Assembly: GCF_964204645.1 (NCBI RefSeq)
Contig: NC_134025.1
Coordinates: 9,610,001 to 9,674,000, forward strand
Origin: Tubulanus polymorphus
Taxonomy: Eukaryota > Animalia > Nemertea
DNA: 64,000 nucleotides
Direction: 5' to 3'
Below the pieces are notes generated by a model. It was given only the letters and a program-made list of their open reading frames with translations. It did no database searches and had not been told where the DNA came from. A program made the translations under genes and the position numbers. Shown here in pieces: positions 29,401 to 41,400 of the stretch. How positions within the stretch are numbered: the stretch's first letter is position 1; every line of letters begins with the position of its first letter.

Positions 29401-32400
29401 ACTCGATAAAGTGTCCTTCATTCTCTCTGAGATTCTGCGCAGTTCGTCAGCCTTTCGCGAGACATTCTTCAGGTCGTGGTCGATGTTTGACACCAAGTTA
29501 TGGTTGACGATGTCGTACTTTTCGCGCGGGCTGTACGGACTTCTCGGACGGCGGCTCGGTTTGTTGTAATCGCGCACAAAGTCTCGACTGTCGACGTTTC
29601 GAGGTAGATTCAGGGTCGACGATCGCTGGGATGGCGGTGGAGGCGTGAAGTATTGGGGCGGTGAGACAGGATATACAGGCGCCGGTGTAAACACGGGAAC
29701 TGCCTTCGTGTATATTGGTCCTAGTGGAGGTGGCGACGACACGGTGCTTGTACGATCCGATTCATAGTTATAATCACCGGCACGCGGAGGCGGGGGTCGA
29801 TATTTCTCGTAATCGGCCAGCGGTCGAAGGGGACTGCGGATGCTCGGGCGATCACGCTCCGGAGCTGATTCGCGTTCGGGTCTCAAACGAGAAGCCGAGC
29901 TGGATCGAGGTGCTGATCCCGGACGTCGTTTGATCGATGATGGCGGTGTTACGACCCTCATCGGTGACGCGGAGTACCCACGTGAATTCGGCGATTCGTA
30001 GTCTTTAGTAGGTGGAGAGTACCGTGCAGTCGAACGCGACCTACTCGGGACAGATGGAGGCAATGTATTCAGCGGTTTGTATGGATTATCTTCCTCAACA
30101 TTATATCTACCATTGACTGGTTCACGCAGACTTTCATTCTGAGGTTTCTTCTTCATCCACGGCTTGAATGGTTTTCGTGTTTCTCCACTCGAGAACCCGG
30201 AATCTTCAGCAGCCGCTTTGTTCTGCTCAGCAAGATCGCTGTTCATGTTCTTAATTGTATCTAAAAGTGATTTGAGCGCACGGCCACGAGGGGTACCGCG
30301 AGAGGGGTCGATATCATGCGGTTTGATACGTCCGTTGGGAGTCTGAGTTCTGGCATTCGAAGGTGTCTGCATTGATGAATCAACGCTGTTCATGTAGCCG
30401 ACGACGTTAGTTTGAACTCCGACATTTTCTGGAGTTTGGGTATAAGCCCGTTTCGGTGTTTGCGTCTCGATATTGTGAATCGACGGCACGTATCGAGAAG
30501 AAACGCCGATGTCCGATTCTGCGTCGGTCGTATCAACGGTTGTTTGGAATTTTCTCCATGGTTTTGATCGCTGCCAAGGTTTCTTCTTGGTCTGCGTGCC
30601 GGCATGATTAGGAGTCTGAGTACGACGGTTCGATGGAGTTTGCATTGCGAAGTTGCGACTATCCGCCGGTTCACGATCCGACGCCCAAAGCGAAGACTCG
30701 TTGTCGTCGTCGTATAACTTATACCCGCTGCCGTGACTCCCGTTTATCATCGGGGAAGTTGATTTCGCGAGTGGACTTGCGCGAAGATCGTCAACCGAGT
30801 TCTTAAGACTTTGCACCTTCTCGGCCATGTCTTCTAACTTCCTACCGAGGTTATCGTCAGCCGCAGATTTCGGACTTAGACCTCGCCTCTTCTTATCCGT
30901 CTGCGCTCCGTGCGACGATCGATACAATCGTCGTCCGGTCTGGCTAGCCATATTATCAAATGGAATCGTTTGCGAGCTGAAATCGTAGGTCGGTATGTCT
31001 TCAGCATTTACGTAGCTTGCATGAGGCAAACTGCCTGATGTTCCAACGCCGATTTCATTTGGGAAGTCAGATAGGTAATCTTCATTCAAAGGAGCCCGTC
31101 CAGGACTATGGAAACGGGCAGGCGACGGCGATGAGCTGAGTAAATCTCGTGACGGCGTCACGCGTCCTAAACCCGTATCGTCGCTGCCATAAGTGCCTCG
31201 TTTGGGAGATAACAATCGATTCGGTATCTTACTGTCCGTAGCCGAACGGTAGGGCCAGAATTGTTGCGAAATTCCGGTATGATCGCCGCTGTTTCTCAGG
31301 CCACCCGGTCCTCGGTCGTAACTATCGCCGCTACTGTAACCACCTCTACTGGCTGGACGATTGGCATAACCAGAACCTAATGTTCCCAGTGGACCAAGAC
31401 TTGCGCCTAATGAATAACTATCCCCGGATTTCTTAAGTATATCTTGTTCAGAAGTGTACAGTGGATCCTTGGCCGATCTACCGAGCTCTTGTTTACCGGC
31501 TTCAGTTTTCTTCAGTTCAGCTTCGAGATCAGGTGAACTGCGATGACGCTTCAGCATAGACAGTTGGGTTTGCGTGGCGCTGGTGTGCGGCGTTTGAGTG
31601 GATGTATCGTGCAAATTCAACGAGCTTGAACTTCGAGCTTCAGCCTGAAAATGAAAACGAAATTCGTGATTAAGAACCTCGCATTTGAAAATGTACACTA
31701 CAAGAATCAAAACATTTATTGTACATGTGTCAAAATGCTACCGCCACTACTAAATAGATAGTAATTCAAACAATTAAAATACGTGGATGGTTAGAGAGCT
31801 TGGCGTAATAAGTCTAACTTATTACTCCAAGGTTAGAGAATATGTGATTTATCATTCGTACAAGCATGGAAGGCCATTAGCAAAAGGACAGAGTACCAAG
31901 AATTTAATGCGGAGCTTAGGCCATGTTTACCCCACATCAAGTAGTTAGAAGGTTAAAGCCTTTGCACGAAGTGGTCTGCAGCAATGCCACCTGCACCATC
32001 GCTTAGAATTGAAGGAGTCTGAGATAAAATTGGCCATAAAAATCAATCTCGAATAATCAAGGAAATAATCGGAAATTAATCAAATTAAGACTTCAGAAAT
32101 TAAAGGATACAGGAAAAAGTACGAGATTTTTTATCATTCAAGAGCATATATTGGAAAATAATGAGATAAGAGAAAGACTTCTAACATCTAAAAAAGTCAT
32201 AGGTCATCAATATATGTGCAAATTTTTAAGGATTTGGTGCCAATTTTTAATTGGTGTTCTAACTATGGTACTAAATGTGAATTAAAGTTAATGATCTAGG
32301 ACTAGCATACTAGCATTTCATAATCATGAATAATTAAAGCAACCTTCTCCAAAGCTAATTGAAGCACACTATATCTATGAAATTACAAATAAAAGGGAAA

Positions 32401-35400
32401 CTGATTTTATAGTTATACATATTTCAGTCATAAGAACATTTCCTACAATGTGGTATTCTAGAACCAATGATTTGCGTATACGATAATACATATGCATAAT
32501 GAAAGTCCTTTTACAATTTTTCGTATCAATCGTTTTTAGACCATGCATTCTCATACATACATCATAAGCTCATTTTGCACGAAACCGAACATGCCATCGT
32601 TAATTCGTCATGAAATCTCGATAAAGCATCGACATGACTGCAAAATAATCCGCCTTCCCTTTACAATACACCTGTAGTGGGGAATTAACGAGCGAAATTC
32701 ATTTTCAATTGATAACCTGTCGTGCGCTGATAACGGCGTAATTTTACTCGTCAATAGAGATCATTACCGTGCATTGATCATTGCTTCAAATGAATGCAAA
32801 ATGCGGACATAACTCTGAATGAGACAGAGATTGATGAAACTGGATCTATCAATTGCGTTCAGTTTAAACGCGCCAAAAAGTAGTTCATCAAAGAAAGCGT
32901 AATCAAATGAAGATACTAACAGGAACTTTAATATGCGAGTGCCCTAAGCTAGTCTCACTTACAAATATTTGCCTAAAGCTATTTCTCTAGTGATTCAATA
33001 TCTTTTACAACCACAAAAAAAAATACCCGAGCAAACAATCTTCGTTGAAAAGAAATAACACTCTAGATATTTTTTGAAAGTTACACCTTGATATCTTGTA
33101 GTACTGTAAAAGTTAGCAGTAATGTGAATATCAAAAACACTTAATATTTGATTTATCTCCTTCCCACCGATCAAAACTTCCAATATTTTTTCATTAATTG
33201 GAACAAAATGATTACCAATTCTATCAATTATTGGTCTAATTACTTTCTACTGACAGAATGCTAAATATGACTGTATTTTTTTTAATCAAATTACAAATGA
33301 ACACTTGCCTAACAATACAAATTTTCAATTCGATGCTTTTATCAGAAATATAAATGCAATGTATCTAGAATTCTCATTCGTTATACCGACCTCGTTAACA
33401 ACTGGATTTAAATCCCAACTGTAACAATCATAACCGTACATCATCAACGATATTAAAGCTTGAATTTCATACGTCGTATGAAAGTTGAGTGAATTGGTAG
33501 ATTTTCGCGTTAGTGGAGGTCGAAATATGCCTAGTGTTACGCAGGCTGTCTGTCATTAATGGTATATTGGCGCATAACTCTTATCAGCGGCGAACAGACC
33601 ACTTGCCAACCAAGCCATTTCATCGATTCCAAACAAACAAGCAGCAACGTTTAAACCAATAGAGCAGTTAATGAGAATGCAAGGTACCGACAGAGCATTT
33701 AATGAGAACGCATGGTAATTCCCGATTTCAAAAATCCGATTACTTGCCCGTACGAATTAAGAATCCGATCTAAAAAAGCAGCTTTCACCATGGTAACTGC
33801 TTCAGAGATACTTTAACAAGGTACCGAAGAATAGTTATGCCGATAATATAGGCTCAATGAAATTCCCAGACTGATTAGGGCTTCAATATCATTTGTAGTG
33901 AAGTGGCTTTGATAATAGCGAAAAACTCGATAAAAATAGATAAAGACTTTATCACAAGGCAAATAATAATAATATTGCCAATTCCATCGAAACACATTAT
34001 GTTTGACGAATAACTTTCTAATTGACCATATAGTCAAGAAATTGAGTACAGAGTATGAAATTCATATTGCTCAACTCACTTCTTTACTGAAGTAATCCAG
34101 AAATTTGTGAATCTAGCTTCATATAGTCGTGTCGTTTGCTATGCGCTAATTATCGGTTTTTCAGACACACCCCACTGATTTCTGAATTTACGTGGCAGCC
34201 GTGAATAATGCGTGCCTTTTACTTCTCAATGGAAACATTAATATTGTAGTAATACGTCTGCAGAGGGAAGTCAACTACTAGTCGTTCGAATTGTACTCCG
34301 TTCCCACACGTTTACAAAGCGAATTGCAAATTACTCAACAAAAGACCAAGTAACGACCTTATTCATTTCTACGATGATATCTTATTCAAATAAATTCTTT
34401 CGCGGATTCGTCGGCGAAATATTGTAACCAGCAGAAAAAAATCGGAAAATGGCCTCTAATGAAAACTTAAAATATGCAACACATATTCCTGATATACTCA
34501 TAGTGCATGTAGGCATCTAAAATATTAATAAACCAATTCAGCTAGAGGCATCGGATGGTCGCATAACGTTGTCGTATATACCTAGCTGATAGTAAAATAA
34601 TATCGGAAATCGCTTCAAAACGTCAGTTAAAGCCCAGTAATAGAACATACTAAATCATAACAAACTAATAATCACTAATCTCAGACATAAAGTAAAAATA
34701 CATTTCATATGCTAATGAATCTAACACTAAAAAATAAGTGTCATACAATAATGAATTGGAAACATTGAATAATGAAAATCTAAGGGTAAAATTAGGATAA
34801 AACATGATAACAAAACTTTAAAATTGACATTTTTTTCTGGAATTTGATACTTCATGGTAAAAGAAATCTAGATATCTGGGCAGATGGCTTTAACCCTCTA
34901 TCACCTAGGATGGTGAATCAATTGAGACTTAAAAAGTCTACAACCCCGGTAAACGACAAAATACATGACTGTTGTTGTAAATACCTTTTCATCAGAATTC
35001 CATCATTTAGGCTAAGAGGAGGACAGGTAATAAGCAATGACAATTGAGTCTCACACCACACGGACAGCATCACTCCGAAAATAGTTTAGCCAGCACGCTT
35101 TCGTTATCTCTCGCCTCTAAAGCAGTCACAATGTTAGGATTTTTCACACCGGAATAAGACAAATTAGAAGCGGCTCCACCGTGTTTTAACGAATTCGTCA
35201 TCCGTTTTAGCACTTTCTTAATCCTAAGTTTTCAAATCGTAAAATGTTACAGTAGACATCATCCGAATTTCAGCATGTTCATATACGGAGATATCTGCTC
35301 TAACTCATCCCCGAGGGCCGTTAATGGTAGAATCAAATGAAATCTCAGAACAGGATTAGTCTATTATTGCCCGAAATCGCCTGCTGTGGAGTAAATTAAT

Positions 35401-38400
35401 GTCGTAGTCATGGAGTACAATTCCACCGATGGCGTGTCTCCGGCTGGTCTATTATATCACTTTTATTAGCGACAAAGACGAACAGCGCTACATGCAAAGC
35501 GTAACTGCCCGACTATTTAGTATTTCGCAAAAACCGCATGACTAAGTTTTCTTAATTTTCCAATATCCGTTATTTTATGTTCGTACGTTAACATCACAGA
35601 GCTAGATTGACACGCACACCACCGCGTACAGTCGTAACCACGAGCACTAGTAATATAATACCGCCGCCTGACAACCGCGATTAAGCGCAATAAATCGAAT
35701 AGAATATTATCAATTCCTCTTGTGCATCCATGTATATTTGTCAACTTTAACGATAATTATTGCCGTGAAATAAAGTGCAAAGCAATACCTCGGACAGCAA
35801 ACAAGTTGCAGAATGACAAACATTCACAACCATATGCTTGATATTCGCGTTCCAATATCTATAATGGTCGTAAACATATGCACAAGCATTGTTTGAACTA
35901 GCAATTCATTCTTACACGAATTCATTGATAATGTACATGATTTCAGTAGTTTATTGATTTTACAGGCATTCATGACCGGACTGACCGCCCAGTTATCAAA
36001 GCTTCATTGATTGGTGCCACGTCGAGTGAAAGTTATGTGAAAATCTTTTCATGCGTGCGAAAATGTTGACCCCAATACGAACGGATTCCGTCCAACATAG
36101 CAAATAATGTGCCTTTTTCATAGTAACATGCAATTTAAATTCCTAAGCGTATACAACTTTAAAAAGCAAAAATGTCCGCGGTCATATTGTAATGGGGAAA
36201 TGATCCGTGCTCCACAGTCATTATGGTACAATTTAAGGTCTCGTTAAAGATTACTATTTTAGATAAGGGCGCAATATAAGAACTAAAAATAATTGCAGCA
36301 AATAAAAGTTGGTTTACGTAAGTGTGGTTAGGGAATGAAATACAAAACAAATTCAAAAGCACTGGCAGAGAACAAAAGCTTGAACTATCTAATAAAGCAT
36401 CTATGACTAAAAAGGCAATTTATTACGGTGCTTGAAAATAAATGTAAATATCAAATATCAAATCAAACATAGGGTATATTTATATGGAGCATAGAAATGC
36501 AAGGACAACATAATAAATCATGAAGATTTTTCTGAAAATTTCCCCCACCCAGTTTTGGTAAACCCATTTCAGCAATAGGACAGTTTAGGTACATAACAGA
36601 CATCAGAACCTTGTAACACAAAATGCAAAAATTGTGTGATGAAGTTTACTTTTGGCTACAAGGCTTTTTATCTGTCTAGGTACTGATATATGCTGAATCT
36701 AAGCTATGATTTTCTAAAATGTTTCAATGGGGAGAATTATCTATATCTAGTAGCTTGAATTTGAAAATTTAGAGCAATAGTCCGGTAAGCTAAAGTATCG
36801 TAATCACATTGACACATGTACAGGAATAAGACAAGACATGGACTAAACTAACAAATGAAGAATACAAGCAAAATCAAACATGAGTGACCAAGCAAAATAA
36901 GTGATAATGCAGCCCAGATCAAAACAAGAACTTATTCAAAATCATGAAAATTTTCAATCGAACGTTTAATCGAAAAAAGTGATTGGACAAAAGTGCCTTT
37001 TATAATCAACTTGATTCTTCGAATATCAAATTTCAAACAAAGATTCAAGTGCTGGATTCAACACTAGGTAAATATCCATCAAAATATGACCTACCTTAAG
37101 TCTATCGGCGTTCTCCGCTACAATCATTTCTTCGCGTCTGTAACGTTCAAGTTCTGCCTCCAGTTCTTCGACGTCTCGGCCGACTTGACCACGTTTTTTG
37201 TTATAAGCGTCGCCGTTTTCCAATGCGTCGCGACGTTTTGACATCAAGTTATTGACACGTCCGAGCAGCTCTTCATAGTCTTCTTGTAGCGCTTTGATGA
37301 CCGGATCTCGCAGCGACGGATCATGTTGCGTCAGGTTTTTGTGTTTCGTCAACAAATTGTTCAACATGCGTTCTTTCGATCGTATTTCGTCTTTCAGGGC
37401 CTAAGAGGAAACATGAAACATGAAAATCATATCAACTTATTCAACAACCATAAAAAAAAAAAAACTAAAAACAAAAAACAAAAAACTAATTGACAGTTTT
37501 TTCTAGCAGAAACCGGAGAAAAGATCAATGTTGTTTGTTTTCTATTCCTGCATATTGCAGAACAAAAACAGTTTTTCTGCTGGAAAATGTGTTTTTCAAC
37601 AGCTGTGATAACGGCTTCACTGGCTAGTAATTCTTACTGACCTGCATATGAGCTAACTCCAGTTCACCGGCATCGGAGTGAAGTTTCGCTGGGCAGTCTT
37701 CGAGGTCTTTCAGCTCAAGTTGCTGGGTACGAAGCCAGTCACGGAAATCAGATTTCATCTTATTGACATCTTCCCACTCTTTGACCAAATCATTGAGACC
37801 ATTCACTCGATCTTCGACCTATTTCATGAGCAAAAAACATAATTCAAAAATTGGTACTAATGGGAATGAACAACAATTACTAATCAACCTAACTGGATAG
37901 CTTAGCGAATCAAAAGTTCAATAAGAAATTTTTAGGTGATTCAAATTAAGATTTACTGGAAAAAACATAATATTGTTTTTGGCAAATATTTTACTGGTTA
38001 CCATGGCATTTAAGAAAGTGAATTGAAATTTGTTAATAGAAAAAAAGAAAACATAAAATGTTAATCTATTTACAAGCTAGTAAACAAAAAATTCTTAGTG
38101 TATCTACTCTAGTGCGATTGTACTACTGTAATTCCTGAAATTCAGCAAGATTTTCTAACAGAAAATAGACAAAAAATATCAAGAGTATTTAATCAAAATC
38201 CAGGGTTACAAAATTACTACTAATGAAGTACGGTAACTAAGATTTTTTATCTAAATTTCTTGAAAATGAATTCATTTATCTTTTGTTTTAACAGTATGTC
38301 CGACAGAAAAGGAGCTACCGATAGATCAGAGGAAAGTCTTACCCTCTCATGAGCATCTCGCAGGTTAAAGTTGACACGATCGGCCAGGCGATTGACCGAA

Positions 38401-41400
38401 GAATCAAGTCCTACTTCGACCTGGTCCAGTGCTTCCATGCTTCCGGTATTTTCACAACGATTTGCTGCAGCTTGTAAGTCTTGTTTCATGCCTTGAAGTT
38501 TTTGAAGCATTTCCTTTGAGAGAATATGACAATGTGATAATCAACCCACCATCACAAAATGTACACATAAATATGGTAAAGATGAGTATAGACTGATACC
38601 TTAGATTCGTGCATCTGTATATGCGCATGTTCAATTGAATCTGCTTGTGGTCGACGTTTTCCTACCCACCAAACGGCCAAATCTTTATCCATAAACTTTT
38701 CAGTTTTGTCCAGTGACTTTTGATATTCCTGCCATTTTTCTAAGGTATCTTGAAGACGGTCCTAAGTGATTAAGAAAATATCCAACTTTAGATAGCAGCG
38801 ACTGTTAAGTAATATCCTACACCTAATATCATACGACTTGAAAGTTCTCTAGAACATATTCATATTTCGCATAGCTTGAAGGTATGGTTTTACTGTTACT
38901 AACTACTATATACACACACGATTCATTAGAATGCATCCAAGCGTGGAGCTAATCCGCCGGCAAAAGTATTATGGTGACAAAGACACAAATCTACACATTA
39001 ACCCATTACAATTTGATTCAAATTCTTTCCTTTTAAGATTTAAATGAACACACCCGGCATACATACTAAGTGAGTGAAAGACTTAATTAATGCCAAATTT
39101 GTTTAAAATTTCAGGTACTTTTCATGCAAGATCACACCTACCTTGATTTGACCAGCAGTTGCCTGCAGTGCCGAATAACTATCCTGCAAATTGTCAAGTT
39201 CAGAATTAATTGAGCTCTCAAGTTGAGGATTCCTGTCGTTACTCTTAATCAGCTGGTTGGCCGTCTTTTTCACTGAGTCGATGTTGCTCTGGTAGGCAGC
39301 AATTTCACGCATCAGCGCCTGAAAATTATCGACAAAATATGAAATCAGTGGGATATATACATGTATGTATAGGAAGGATGCAAATAAAGATTATTGAGGG
39401 CTTACAGCGTGTTTCGTTATCTGTTTTTCTGTGAGCTCCATGCTACCGACATTGAGTCCATTGTGAGACATAACCTGGAAAGACTTTTGTAGAATCCATT
39501 TCTCTGTGTCTTGTACGGTATCATGATAGTCCTGATGTTCGTCATATGCCTTCTGTAACTGATCTACGATTTCCTGCCAACATGAAATAAACACTTGTCA
39601 AAATTATTGTGTATTCAAGTTATTCATCATAGAGATAAAATCAAACCATGGGGGACCCCCCTCTAATTTTGAATGAGTTTACACAATCTGGACTGGACAT
39701 GATTTAAGATGGAATACAATTTCTAATCCGGATTGATCATGAGCTGGATGAATTTCAAAGCTCAATGAAGATGCAGGAACTTACGTTTGAACGTTTTTTC
39801 AGTTTATCATAATTCTGCGTCATTTCACCAATCGACTTATTGACCTCTTTATCGGGTCGGGTAGTTTGGATTTGCGAGGCTACTTCTGTTAAATCTTCGA
39901 TTTGTTTGGCATGGTAATTGATGTCAGTTTGAATGGCCTGAAAAAATAAGAGGTTTTAGAAAATTCTTCAAATTTTTTTATTAGACAAACAAAAACAAGA
40001 TTTTGCTATTCATGGATTTTCATATTTTTTCACATGTCATCGACCTAAATGAGATTCATCTGCATACCTTGTATTTATCAAGTTGTTGTTTCTTGTCCAA
40101 GAGTTCAACTTTACGTTCGGGATCAGCGAGTAAAAGATTCTCTGTGTCGAGCATCCATTTCAAGATCAGGTCGTAACACTCTTCGTATTCGTTATATTTC
40201 AACAATGATTTCTCCAGATTTGTGCTGCAAATATTGATGTTGCCGTGCAACGTGTCCCAAGCTTCGCGTAATTTATCCATCATGCCTTGAATCTTTTTCT
40301 TTCCCTCCGGGCTACAGTTTCTCATCACTTTTTGTGCCAATTCTGTCGCTTTGCTGAGTTTAGTGTGTCCGTCATCTAGATTAGCATTAATCTCCTATCG
40401 GGAATAATCGACATTGAATTCAATACAAAATCACGCTCAAACCTGGCCAAAAAATTCAGGTTTTCTAAATGTTCGCTTACCCTGACAGCATCAATTCGGC
40501 CTTCAATCTCTTGCCAATCACCTGTCGTGTCGTTGCACTTGCTCAATCTATCGCTGGCTGACTCTAACCACTGCGCACAATCAGCATATGCAATATCATA
40601 GCCTCGATGGTCTTTGGCAGACTGTTCGAGTTTGTTTGCTGCATCCTAAGAAAAAATAAAAAAACAAAACTGGTAAATGATAAAGTCATAATCATAAATG
40701 AATTTACTAACTAGAGCTACGGTAAATGAACTACTCTGCTTCAGGTCACTGTCAACAACATTCCTATCGGGAGCTTTGAAACATGAGGTTCACTAACAAA
40801 TTAGTATACTAAAAGCAACTTACATGAATCACATCCTGATGAAGCTGTTCATCAGGTTTAAAAAGAGTTACATAAATGATATCAAAATGTTAGTAATCCT
40901 GAGGTGATTAGCACGAAACTTTTGCAACAGTAAATCCTAGGTTACACAGATAATCAAATGCTAGATATGTATCAATATGAAAGCTATCATTTAAATTTTC
41001 ACGGTTTAAATATCTTAAGGTAATGCCAGCAATTAGAGAACGGTTTTCACATAAGTCTTTATTTTCTAAGAAACTATGGAAGAGTAACCACTGAATTTAC
41101 CTTTGCTGTTTGGAGAGCGGTTTGATAACGAGTGGAGATCTGCATCATTTCACTTGAAATTTCTGGATCTAAACTATTTTGTAGAACAGCCTGCGACTTC
41201 TCGTTCAAACTATCAAAGTCCGGCTTATGTGCTGCTATGTCATCACACAGTGCCTCAATCTGGCGGAATTTCTTCTGTTTTTCCTCTAGAGTAGCATGTG
41301 GATCATTTATGGTCTTCAAAGCATCTTCCACCTCGTCTAACCAATGTTTGAACCCTGTTTTCTCATCGTTATAGTCAACCCATTTAAGTACATTATTTTC

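Noticed and set aside
31645-31710. N-terminal 22 aa of ORF 29383-31710
   Set aside because: Translation of the intron's branch/polypyrimidine region upstream of the acceptor at 31645-31646.
34985-35200. Possible upstream exon with donor AAG|gtattt and small ORFs
   Set aside because: The ATG-bearing frame ends in phase 2 and hits a stop in the terminal exon; at most a non-coding exon, unsupported.
36283-36292. MEF2-like CTAAAAATAA site
   Set aside because: Expected by chance in AT-rich DNA.
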